Below are positions 16,764 through 26,718 of a DNA stretch of 39,349 nucleotides, one piece after another. The notes beneath the pieces were generated by a model, which ran no database searches, was not told the origin of the DNA, and saw only the letters and a program-made list of their open reading frames with translations. The DNA comes from Thermodesulfovibrionales bacterium (GTDB lineage: Bacteria > Nitrospirota > Thermodesulfovibrionia > Thermodesulfovibrionales > UBA6898): contig JBIOIY010000026.1 of assembly GCA_044450345.1 (NCBI GenBank), forward strand, positions 1 through 39,349, written 5' to 3'. Both the position numbers and the translations under genes were made by a program. Every line of letters starts with the position of its first letter. Position 1 is the first letter of the stretch.

Positions 16764-18104
16764 ATGAGAGGATTAGTCGGTTTATTGGTTTTATTATGTT
16801 TTCTCGGAGTGGCGGGTCTTGGTTTTGCCGAAGAACAGACCCATATTGCCCCCCCTGCTCCCGCGGCTGCAGCTGCCCAGGCGGTGCCTAAGATAGACAC
16901 CGGCGACACCGCATGGATGATTGTTGCAACGGCACTCGTCATGCTCATGTCTATCCCGGGACTGGCCCTCTTCTATGGTGGATTGGCGAAACGTAAGGAT
17001 ACCCTCAACACGATGGCGATGACCTTTGTGACGTTCTGTATCGTGAGTTTCCTTTGGGTGTTATACGGGTATACCTTTTCTTTCGGGACGGATGTCGGCG
17101 GCCTTATCGGAGGCGCAGAGAAACTGTTTTTAAAAGGCGTTGGTCCGGGCAGCATATCCGACCTCGCCAAGACGATACCTGAATACATCTTTATCGCTTA
17201 TCAGCTCACTTTTGCAGCAATCACTGTCGCACTTGCGAGCGGTGCCTATATCGAAAGAATGAAGTTCTCTGCGTGGATACTTTTCTCGATATTATGGATG
17301 ACTCTGGTATACATGCCGGTTGCCCACTGGGTATGGGGCAATGGATTTCTCGCAAAGCTCGGAGCGCTGGACTTTGCAGGCGGCACAGTTGTTCATGTTA
17401 ATGCGGGAATCGCAGCTCTTGTCGGCGCACTGATTCTTGGCAAGAGACGTGAAAAAGCGCTCATGCCGGGCAATCTGACCTTAGTGGTGACCGGCGCGGG
17501 CCTTCTCTGGTTCGGGTGGTTCGGCTTCAATGCCGGTTCTGCCCTGGCGGCAAGCGGGTTGGCCGGTGCGGCTTTCATCAATACCAACACTGCGACTGCA
17601 GTAGCAGCTATGTCCTGGATGGCTGTGGAGTGGATGCACTCAAAGAAACCGACCGTCCTCGGTCTTGCATCGGGTGCGGTCGGCGGACTGGTTGCCATTA
17701 CCCCTGCTGCCGGATTTGTAAACATAGGCGGGGCCATCGCCATAGGCGTTGCAGCCGGTGTAGTCCCCTTTTTTGCGGTTGCTGCACTTAAGCCGAAACT
17801 CGGGTATGACGATACGCTCGATGCATTCGGCATCCATGGAATCGGCGGAACACTCGGGGCGATTCTGACAGGTGTCTTTGCCGATCCGTCAATCAATGAG
17901 GCAGGCAGGGGCCTTCTTTACGGCAATCCGGGCCAGCTCCTGACTCAGCTGATCGCTGTCGGCGTGACGATAGCTTACAGCGGCGTCATGACAGCGATAA
18001 TCTTCATGATCATCAAATTTCTCGTTGGACTGCGGGTCGATGCCGAAGATGAGGTTCTCGGGCTCGATGAAAGTCAGCACGGCGAAAAGGCGTATAATCT
18101 ATAA
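16764..18104 (+). CDS. amtB: Ammonium transporter AmtB (canonical)
   Basis: PGLALFYGG, YQLTFA, DFAGGTVVH, GWFGFNAGSA, DAFGIHG, GLDESQHGEKAY. Confidence 0.95.
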   Translation: MRGLVGLLVLLCFLGVAGLGFAEEQTHIAPPAPAAAAAQAVPKIDTGDTAWMIVATALVMLMSIPGLALFYGGLAKRKDTLNTMAMTFVTFCIVSFLWVLYGYTFSFGTDVGGLIGGAEKLFLKGVGPGSISDLAKTIPEYIFIAYQLTFAAITVALASGAYIERMKFSAWILFSILWMTLVYMPVAHWVWGNGFLAKLGALDFAGGTVVHVNAGIAALVGALILGKRREKALMPGNLTLVVTGAGLLWFGWFGFNAGSALAASGLAGAAFINTNTATAVAAMSWMAVEWMHSKKPTVLGLASGAVGGLVAITPAAGFVNIGGAIAIGVAAGVVPFFAVAALKPKLGYDDTLDAFGIHGIGGTLGAILTGVFADPSINEAGRGLLYGNPGQLLTQLIAVGVTIAYSGVMTAIIFMIIKFLVGLRVDAEDEVLGLDESQHGEKAYNL

Positions 18105-18179
18105 AACGACACAGTGTTTGGCGCCATTGTGAGACTGCATTATGTGCTGACACTGTAACTAAAGACCGGCAAAGAATGA

Positions 18180-18527
<348 letters not shown>

Positions 18528-18558
18528 AATCGAAATAGTCAAAAATGGAGTACAAGGG

Positions 18559-18590
18559 AATGCCCCGCGCCGCTGCGGGGTATTTTTTAT
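18559..18590 (+). terminator. Rho-independent terminator after glnK
   Basis: AATGCCCCGC-loop-GCGGGGTATT followed by TTTTAT. Confidence 0.75.
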
Positions 18591-18781
18591 GATGAAAATA
18601 TTTTGAAGGGGGAGTCGATTGATGTAAGCCTTGGTTTGCGAGAGTTTATACACAGACTCTGATTAATGTCCGATGATCTTATCCATCCCTCACTGAGTAC
18701 CCCCCAGGATAACTCGGCCATCCACATTTTATTCATAACAATGTATATAATAAAAAAGGTGCATGGTTTTTTGTTTTTTTG

Positions 18782-18810
18782 TTGAAAGTTAATTTATGAT
18801 AAATTATAAT
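18782..18810 (+). promoter_or_regulatory. Sigma-70-type promoter of the FDH operon with an overlapping palindrome
   Basis: TTGAAA-17 bp-TATAAT; AATTTAT-g-ATAAATT palindrome at 18791-18805. Confidence 0.6.
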
Positions 18811-18841
18811 TCATGGGTTGACCTTATGTAGTATTAATCTT

Positions 18842-19309
18842 ATGGATAAGACGCTAGAAAACATTTTGGATAAAATTAGGGAAAAGGGCGGAAATATCAT
18901 CGTCCTTCTCCAGGAAACCCAGGAGGCCTTGGGATATATCCCTAAAGAGGCTGTCCGGTATTTATCTGAAGAGCTCAATATTGCACCCAGCCGTTTTTAC
19001 GGCGTTGCCACCTTCTATTCCCAGTTCCGGCTGAAACCGGTCGGCAAAAACAGGATAACCGCATGCTGCGGCACGGCCTGTCATGTGCGGGGGGCTGAAA
19101 AGATAATCAGCGGCCTGAAAAGAGAGCTCGCCCTTGACCCAGGCGAAGACACCACAAAGGACATGCAATTCACCCTTGAGGAAGTGGCCTGTCTCGGAAC
19201 CTGCAGTTTTGCGCCCGTTGTCTTTGTCAACGGAGCGGTGCGCGGCAAGACCACGGCAGTTTCGATCGTTAAAGAAATAAGGTCAATAAGGAAGAAGCCG
19301 AATGAATAG
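18842..19309 (+). CDS. NuoE/HydC-like [2Fe-2S] subunit
   Basis: GVATFYSQF, CCGTACHVRG, CLGTCSFAP. Confidence 0.9.
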   Translation: MDKTLENILDKIREKGGNIIVLLQETQEALGYIPKEAVRYLSEELNIAPSRFYGVATFYSQFRLKPVGKNRITACCGTACHVRGAEKIISGLKRELALDPGEDTTKDMQFTLEEVACLGTCSFAPVVFVNGAVRGKTTAVSIVKEIRSIRKKPNE

Positions 19310-22300
19310 CAAGACGATCATAAGGGTCTGCATGGGACCTGCCGGTATAGCAGCCGGAGGCAAAGGCGTGCTCGAGGCATTTTCGAAGTCCCTCGCTGAA
19401 AACGGTCTGAGCGCAGAGCTAAGGGAGAACTGTTCATCACATCAGGTCGGCTGTCTCGGTCTTTGTGCAAGGGACGTGCTTGTAGAGATCGATAATAACG
19501 GCGGAAAAACCACCTACCAGTATGTAAAACCCGATATGGCCGAGAGGATTGTCATCGAGCATCTTGTTGGTGGAAGTCCTGTAAAAGAATGGCTTGTGGA
19601 CGATACCTTTGATACGTTCTATAAAAAACAGGTCAAGATAGTGCTGGCCGATGTCGGAAGGGTCGATCCAGGGGACATCAATTCATATATCGCCGCAGGA
19701 GGCTATGAACCGACCCGTGAGGTCTTTAAGACTTGGACCCCTGATGCTGTGATCGACGAGATCAAGAAATCGGGGATAAGGGGGAGGGGCGGCGCAGGGT
19801 TCCCCACAGGCCTTAAATGGGAGCTCGCCAGGCGGAACGAGAGTGAGATCAAGTACCTCATATGCAACGCCGACGAAGGCGACCCCGGCGCATTCATGGA
19901 CAGGGCGGTCGTTGAGGGAAATCCCCACTCCGTGATCGAAGGCATGCTCTTAGGCGCATTCGCGATAGGTGCCAACAAGGGATATGTCTATATCAGGGCA
20001 GAGTATCCCCTTGCTGTCGAACGCCTCAAATTCGCCCTCAAACAGGCATATGAACGAGGGTTCCTCGGAAGCGATATTTTCAACACAGGCTTCAGTTTCG
20101 ATATCGAGATCAAGCTCGGTGCGGGCGCCTTTGTCTGCGGGGAGGAGACAGCGCTGATTGCCTCGATCGAAGGCCAGAGGGGCATGCCGAGACCGAAACC
20201 CCCGTTCCCGGTTAACAAAGGTCTTTGGCAAAGGCCTACGGTCATCAACAATGTGGAGACTCTCGCGAACATCCCCTATATCATAAGGAAGGGCTCGGGC
20301 TGGTACTCTTCCTACGGCACGGAGAAATCAAAAGGCACCAAGGTCTTCGCCCTTACCGGGAAGATAAAGAACTCCGGACTTATAGAGGTCCCGATGGGGA
20401 TCTCCCTCCGAGATATCATCTACGAGATAGGCGGGGGCATCGAGAGCGGCAAGGCGATGAAAGCGGTCCAGACAGGCGGTCCTTCGGGAGGATGCATACC
20501 TGCCAGCATGCTCGACCTGAACGTCGACTATGAATCGCTGGCAAAGGCCGGCTCGATCGTAGGCTCGGGAGGCATGATCGTCCTCGACGAGGACAACTGC
20601 ATGGTGAACATGGCGAAGTACTTCGTCCACTTCACCCAGACGGAATCATGCGGGAAGTGCGTGCCGTGCAGGGTCGGCACGAAACGGCTTCTTGAGCTGC
20701 TGGACCGGATTACAAAAGGACAGGGAAAAGAAGGAGATATCGAGCTGCTTGAAAAGCTCAGTAACGGAGTCAAGGCCTCATCTCTTTGCGGCCTTGGCCA
20801 GACAGCGCCAAACCCGGTCCTCAGCACCCTGAGGTATTTCAGGGAAGAATACGAAGCCCATATTAAATATAAACGATGTCCCTCGCTCGTTTGCAGGGAA
20901 ATAATATCTTCAGCGTGTCAACACGCCTGTCCTATTGGAACTGAGGCGTCCGTTTATACCGCTCTGATCGCGCATGGACGTTTTAACGAGGCGGTCGAGG
21001 TCATCAGAAAGGACAACCCCCTGGCAAGCGTCTGCGGGAGGATTTGCCATCACCCTTGTGAGTTAACGTGTAAGGCAGGCGAAGGAGGAGGGAAACCGGT
21101 TGCCATAAGGGCATTGAAGAGGTTTGCCGCTGATTATGCGCACAAAAAAGGCGTTCACGTGCAGGTCCGGAAGGAGGGGATCAAGGACCAGAAGGTTGCG
21201 ATTGTAGGCTCCGGACCGGCAGGGCTTATGGCAGGCTATTCCCTCACCCTTAAAGGATATGATGTCACTATCTTTGAGGCAAAGCCTGTTGTGGGCGGGA
21301 TGCTCAGAGTCGCGATACCAGAGTACCGCCTGCCGCGGGAGGTATTTGATCTTGACCTCGCATATATGGAGAGCGCAGGAGTAAAGTTCAGAACTGACAC
21401 CGCGCTGGGAAGGGATATTTCCGTTGACAGCCTTTTCGATGAAGGCTATAAGGCGGTTTTCATCGCTATCGGTTCCCATAAGCCGATGAAACTCGGGATC
21501 TCGGGTGAAGATACAGAGGGTGTTATACCCTCTTTGAGATTCCTCGAAGCGCTGCATCTCTGCAAAGAGACACACGTCGGCAAGAGGGTTGTAGTGGTCG
21601 GAGGCGGCAACGCTGCAGTAGACTCTGCGAGGGCTGCATTCCGTATTAAAGGAGTGGAGGCGGTCACGATACTTTACAGGAGAACGCGGCCCGAGATGCC
21701 CGCCTACAAAGAAGAAGTTGATGCGGCCATGGAAGAGGGCATCGACATACAGTTCCTTACCGCGCCCACCGCGATCCTCAGCAAAAAAGGCAAATTGAGC
21801 GGTATAACCTGTATCCGCATGAAATTAGGGTCCGCTGATAAAAGCGGACGGGCTGCGCCGGTTCCGATCGAAGGTTCCGAGTTCAATGTTGAAGCAGATA
21901 CTCTGATAGTGGCGATCAGTGAACAGCCTGACACGTCCTGCGTTGAAGGGACGTCAGGGATCGAGATATCTGCGAAGAACAGACTGGTCGTTGACCATGA
22001 GACGCTCGCAACATCACGGGAAGGCGTTTTTGCCGGAGGCGATGCTGTAACGGGCCCGAACACGGTAATTTACGCTATGCAGGCTGGGAAAAAGGCATCT
22101 GAATCGATCGACAGATATCTTGGGGGAGAAAGTTTAGAAAGAGACTATAAGGTGACGAGGCCCTCCCGGTATGTCGAACCTGTTGAACTGAGTGACGAGG
22201 AGCTTTTGGAGGAACCGGAGCGCCCGGAAATGCCGCTCCTTTCTCCCGAGGAGCGAACGAAAAATTTCAGAGAGGTGGAGTTAGGTTTTACGGAAGAGAT

Positions 22301-22418
22301 GGCGGTGAAAGAGGCAAGGCGTTGTCTCAGATGCGAGTTGAGCACGCTTGACGGTCAGAAGGCGGTTCAGGAGATGAATCTTAGAAAAGCAAAGCGTTTA
22401 CACGGGAGTAAGCATTGA
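19302..22418 (+). CDS. NuoF/HydB-like FMN/NAD subunit fused to a GltD/NfnB-like FAD/NADP(H) module
   Basis: GRGGAGFPTG, NADEGDPGAFMD, GAFVCGEETA, GGPSGG, CGKCVPC; then CQHACP, CGRICHHPCE, GSGPAG, GGGNAAVD, YRR, FAGGD, EARRCLRC. Confidence 0.9.
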   Translation: MNSKTIIRVCMGPAGIAAGGKGVLEAFSKSLAENGLSAELRENCSSHQVGCLGLCARDVLVEIDNNGGKTTYQYVKPDMAERIVIEHLVGGSPVKEWLVDDTFDTFYKKQVKIVLADVGRVDPGDINSYIAAGGYEPTREVFKTWTPDAVIDEIKKSGIRGRGGAGFPTGLKWELARRNESEIKYLICNADEGDPGAFMDRAVVEGNPHSVIEGMLLGAFAIGANKGYVYIRAEYPLAVERLKFALKQAYERGFLGSDIFNTGFSFDIEIKLGAGAFVCGEETALIASIEGQRGMPRPKPPFPVNKGLWQRPTVINNVETLANIPYIIRKGSGWYSSYGTEKSKGTKVFALTGKIKNSGLIEVPMGISLRDIIYEIGGGIESGKAMKAVQTGGPSGGCIPASMLDLNVDYESLAKAGSIVGSGGMIVLDEDNCMVNMAKYFVHFTQTESCGKCVPCRVGTKRLLELLDRITKGQGKEGDIELLEKLSNGVKASSLCGLGQTAPNPVLSTLRYFREEYEAHIKYKRCPSLVCREIISSACQHACPIGTEASVYTALIAHGRFNEAVEVIRKDNPLASVCGRICHHPCELTCKAGEGGGKPVAIRALKRFAADYAHKKGVHVQVRKEGIKDQKVAIVGSGPAGLMAGYSLTLKGYDVTIFEAKPVVGGMLRVAIPEYRLPREVFDLDLAYMESAGVKFRTDTALGRDISVDSLFDEGYKAVFIAIGSHKPMKLGISGEDTEGVIPSLRFLEALHLCKETHVGKRVVVVGGGNAAVDSARAAFRIKGVEAVTILYRRTRPEMPAYKEEVDAAMEEGIDIQFLTAPTAILSKKGKLSGITCIRMKLGSADKSGRAAPVPIEGSEFNVEADTLIVAISEQPDTSCVEGTSGIEISAKNRLVVDHETLATSREGVFAGGDAVTGPNTVIYAMQAGKKASESIDRYLGGESLERDYKVTRPSRYVEPVELSDEELLEEPERPEMPLLSPEERTKNFREVELGFTEEMAVKEARRCLRCELSTLDGQKAVQEMNLRKAKRLHGSKH

Positions 22419-22419
22419 T

Positions 22420-25146
22420 ATGATAACTCTGACAATCAACGGCAGGAAAGTCACGGTGAGTGAGACATCGACCATCCTCGAGGCTGCAAGGGCCAACGGC
22501 ATCTTCATCCCGACCATCTGCCATCACTCGAAACTCACGCCGTTCGGCGGATGCAGGCTGTGCCTCGTTGATGTTAAGGGCATGCCGAAGCCTGTTGCGT
22601 CATGCACGACTTCTGCGGCCGAGGGCATGGAAATAGTCACCTCAACGCCGTACATAGAGGAACTCAGAAGGCTTGTTCTGGAACTTATCCTCTCCGACCA
22701 CCCCAGCGACTGCATGGTATGCGAAAAGACGGGTGCCTGCACGCTCCAGGAACTCGCGTATGTATACGGAATCAGGGAAAATCCCTTCCAGGGCGAAAGA
22801 AGGGTTTACAAGAAGAAAGACGGGAACCCCTTCATCGAGAGAGACCTCGAAAAGTGCATCATGTGCGGAAGATGCGTAAAGGTCTGCGACGAGGTCCAGG
22901 GGGTGGAGGCGATCGATTTCGGCTATCGCGGGTTCCAGGCGAAGATCTGCACCTCCTTTGAAGACGACCTCGATTGCGAGTTTTGCGGGCAATGCGTTTC
23001 CGTCTGCCCGACAGGCGCCCTCACCGGGAAACTCTGGGCGCAGATGGGGAGACCGGGAAGTACGAAGGAAGTCGATACGGTCTGTCCCTATTGCGGTACA
23101 GGGTGCAATATCACCGCCCACGTAAAGGGGAACGAGATAGTCAGGATCGCTTCCGCAGATGACACCCCGAATGAAGGGTGGCTCTGCGTCAAGGGCAGGT
23201 TCGGGTACAAGTTTGTCAATAGCTCCGACCGTCTCACAAAGCCACTCATAAGAATAGAGCCGAAGGGTAGGGGCGGGGTGACCCCGCCCGTACAGAAGTC
23301 AGAAAAAAAATCCGCAATTTTCAGGGAAGCGTCATGGGACGAGGCACTTGATCATATCGTCTCCAGGCTCAAGGAGATAAAGTCAAAAAACGGCGCTGAC
23401 GCCCTTGCCGGACTTTCATCGGCGCGTTGTACCAACGAAGAAAATTATGTATTCCAGAAGTTTATGCGCGCCGCGGTAGGGACGAACAACGTCGACCACT
23501 GCGCACGTCTCTGACACGCTCCTACCGTGGCCGGTCTGGCCGCGATCTTCGGTTCAGGGGCGATGACTAATTCCATCCGCGAGATAGAGGGGATGGAGGT
23601 CATCTTCATCGTCGGATCGAACACGAAGGAGACACATCCCGTCATCGCCAACCGGATGATAAAGGCATACCGGAAGGGCGCTAAGATCATCGTTGCCGAC
23701 CCCAGGAGGGTGCCGATGGTGAAATTCGCCGAGGTCTTTATGAAGATGAAGCCGGGGACGGACATCGCCCTCCTCAACGGTATCGCCAATGTGATTGTAA
23801 AGGACGGTCTGAGCAACGAGGAGTTTATACAGGGGAAGACGGAAGGGTTCGAAGCGTGGAAGAAGTCCATCGGGGAATATACTCCAGAGCGGGTTGAGGG
23901 TATCACGGGAGTTCCCAAAGGTGATATCATCAAGGCCGCCAGGATTTACGGCTCATCGCGCAAGGCCGGTATCTTCTATACCATGGGCATAACCCAGCAT
24001 TCCTGCGGGACGGACAACGTGCGGGCGATCGCAAACCTTGCGACCCTCACCGGCAACATAGGACGGGAATCTACGGGGGTTAATCCGCTCCGGGGCCAAA
24101 ACAATGTCCAGGGGTCTTCCGACGCCGCTTGCATGCCGAATGTGTATCCGGGGTATCAGAGGGTGGACCTGCCTGAGATAAGGCAGAGGTTCGAGGCTGC
24201 ATGGGGTGTTGCCCTTCCTCCCAACCCGGGAATTACCGCCACCGAGATGATGGATGCAGCGGTTGACGGGAAGATCAAGGGAATGTATATCATGGGAGAA
24301 AACCCGATCATCACCGACCCGAACATGCACCATACCATCAAGGCTCTCGAGAGCCTCGAGTTCCTTGTGGTCCAGGATATATTCATGACCGATACGGCCG
24401 CGCTTGCGGACGTGGTCCTTCCCGCCGCCTGTTCTTTCGAGAAAGACGGTACTTTCACTAACACCGAGCGAAAGGTGCAGAGGGTGCGGAAGGCGGTCGA
24501 GCCGCCCGGAGAGGCAAGAGACGACCTTTCTATCATAATGGAGGTCTCGAAGCGGCTTGGATATCAAATGAACCACAATTCTGTGGAGAAGATCCTGAAA
24601 GAATATGGATCGCTTTGGCCGGCCATGGCAGGCATCACTTACGGCAGGCTCGATAAAAAAGGTATCCAGTGGCCGTGTCCTTCGGAGGAGCATCCCGGGA
24701 CGGAATTCCTTTACAAAGACGGCTTCCCGAAAGGCAGGGTCCCGTTCGTGCCTGTTTCATATAGCCCTCCGGCGGAAATTACCGATGCGGAATATCCTTT
24801 TATCCTGACGACCGGAAGAAATCTTTTTCAGTATCATTCGGGATCGATGTCGAGGCGTGTTAAACCTATCGAGGAGCATGCGGGAGAGCCCTATGTCGAG
24901 ATACATCCCGAAGACGGCCGAAGGCTCGGGGTAAAAACCGGTGACAGAATAAAAGTCGCATCCCGGCGCGGAGAGATAGAGATCAAGACGAGATTTACGA
25001 AAAAAGTATCGGAAGGCGTGGTCTTCATCCCCATGCACTACCGCGAGGCGGCGGCAAATGTGATCACCAACGACGCCCTTGACCCTGTTGTCAAGATCCC
25101 CGAGTTCAAGGTCTGCGCGGTAAAGGTAGCGCCTGCCGAAAAATAG
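22420..25146 (+). CDS. fdhA: Selenocysteine-containing formate dehydrogenase alpha subunit (NuoG-like Fe-S N-terminus plus Mo/W-bisPGD domain), 908 aa via UGA read-through
   Basis: ORFs 22420-23514 and 23527-25146 are in the same frame and joined by CARL-UGA-HAPTVAGL. Also CPYCGTGC, LCVKGRFG, PLRGQNNVQG, KIPEFKVCAV. Confidence 0.92.
23267..23293. repeat. GTAG-type REP-like palindrome in frame within fdhA
   Basis: GTAG-GGGCGGGGT-g-ACCCCGCCC-GTAC, encoding GRGGVTPPV. Confidence 0.6.
23512..23543 (+). promoter_or_regulatory. Sec UGA codon and bacterial SECIS element
   Basis: TGA at 23512-23514; stem GTGGCC-GGTCT-GGCCGC begins 12 nt downstream and resembles the E. coli fdhF SECIS apical GGUCU. 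Confidence 0.85.
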
Positions 25147-25187
25147 TGGCCGGGTTTAGCGGCGGAACGTTCTCATAACCTCAATGG

Positions 25188-26411
25188 TCACTTTGCGGGG
25201 AGCGCGACGGTGACCGAAAAAAGTTTCTCGTCTGTCTCGTTGAGTAAGACTTCCCCGCCATGGGACCGCACAATGTAGCGGACGATATAGAGACCCAGTC
25301 CCTTCCCTTCCGCATAGAGATGGGACCTTTGCCCCCGATAAAATGGCTCGAAGAGGTTTTCCAGCTCCTTCTTTTCGATAGGTTCACAGGTGTTTGAAAC
25401 AGTGATGAGTATCTTCCCCTTCTTGCGTGAGAGAGAAAGCCTGATCGACCCGCCGGCCGGGGTATATTTCACCGCGTTGTCCAGGAGGTTTTCTATGGTC
25501 CGCCGTATGAGCCCCTCGTCGCAGACGCAGTTAATGCTCGGTATTTCAGAGATGTCGAGAGAAATTTGCTTTGTGTCAGCTGTAACGGCATAGGAAGAGA
25601 TAATTTCCTTTATGATTTTGTTGATGTCGGTCCTGCTCCTGGACAGGTCGAGCGGCTTGAACTTCGAGGATGAGAGGAGGGCGAAATTGCGCAGGAGGTT
25701 TATTATCCTGTCCGTCTCGGTGAGCCCTGAGCCAATAACCTCCCTGTATTCTTCGGCAGATCGCTCCTTCCTGAGGGTGACCTCGAAGTTGCCCTTTATA
25801 GCAATAAGAGGGGAACGAAGTTCATGGTTGATGTTCGATAAAAAGGTCTCCTGAAAAGTGCAGAGATCGGATATCGGTCTCATCGCGTGGCCCAGAAGAT
25901 ACCTGCTTGCGAGATATGACAGGAGAAGCCCAAAAGGAGACATTATCAGGATCATTCGCAGAAAATCCCGCTCAAGGCCCGTCTCGTCGTGCAGTGAGAC
26001 CGCTGCCCTTCCCGCATAGGTGCCATCAAGAGGGAAATAGGAGATGAGGTAGCGCTCCTTGCCTACCATTCTGGTCTCGAACGCCTGCTTTCCCGCAAAG
26101 GCTGTCGTCAGCAGGTCACTGTTCAGTTCAGGATAAAACGCAGCCGAGTTGCGCGTAGAAGCCGCCACGCCGCCCGCCTTGTTCAGAATCTGAAAGTAGT
26201 TCTCGTCCACGACTTCCTTGATGAACGAGGGACCCGCATAACGGTAGCGATCGAGGAATTCGTCTCTTATGTCCTCTATTAAATGCCTTTTTACGCTGGC
26301 CATGAGGCTCTGATGAAGGATGATGATGCTGAACGCCATGATCAGGGCGCTAAATGCAACGATGACCGAGGTGAATATTGCGATGAGACGTTTTCTGATG
26401 GGCTCAATCAT
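25188..26411 (-). CDS. Membrane sensor histidine kinase (orphan in this window)
   Basis: Two TMs, H-box NHELRSPL, N-box NLLDNAVKY, LFEPFYRG, GKGLGLYIV. Confidence 0.88.
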   Translation of the reverse strand: MIEPIRKRLIAIFTSVIVAFSALIMAFSIIILHQSLMASVKRHLIEDIRDEFLDRYRYAGPSFIKEVVDENYFQILNKAGGVAASTRNSAAFYPELNSDLLTTAFAGKQAFETRMVGKERYLISYFPLDGTYAGRAAVSLHDETGLERDFLRMILIMSPFGLLLSYLASRYLLGHAMRPISDLCTFQETFLSNINHELRSPLIAIKGNFEVTLRKERSAEEYREVIGSGLTETDRIINLLRNFALLSSSKFKPLDLSRSRTDINKIIKEIISSYAVTADTKQISLDISEIPSINCVCDEGLIRRTIENLLDNAVKYTPAGGSIRLSLSRKKGKILITVSNTCEPIEKKELENLFEPFYRGQRSHLYAEGKGLGLYIVRYIVRSHGGEVLLNETDEKLFSVTVALPAK

Positions 26412-26718
26412 GGGAGACTGGAAAAACGCTCATTCGATGCCTGCAGGCAATTGAGGGACTTCTCATTATTTTTTGCAGAGTGCTCCTTCATATTTCCAGT
26501 TTATCTTAAGTGGAGAAGGAGTCAAGTTTGCGAAAAAAATAGTACCACATGAAATCCGCAATCCGTGCGCTGCTTCGGGGGCTGAGGCGGCAGGAAGAAT
26601 TAATACGAGATTGATGATTGCAGAAACGTAGTGCCATATATTCACAGTATGCTGACTTGAAGTATTAACGGGAGCCCGAGTATTGGCATGTCTCATATAA
26701 GTGTGATAGGATTTTACA

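Noticed and set aside
23512..23527. Apparent nonsense mutation splitting fdhA
   Set aside because: The UGA is at the catalytic Sec position and is followed by a SECIS, so this is recoding rather than a pseudogene.
26620..26700. TGGCA-containing sites near the divergent kinase genes as further sigma-54 promoters
   Set aside because: They have no GC at the -12 position (TGGCACTACGTTTCT; TGGCATGTCTCATAT) and no ACA-N4-TGT boxes.
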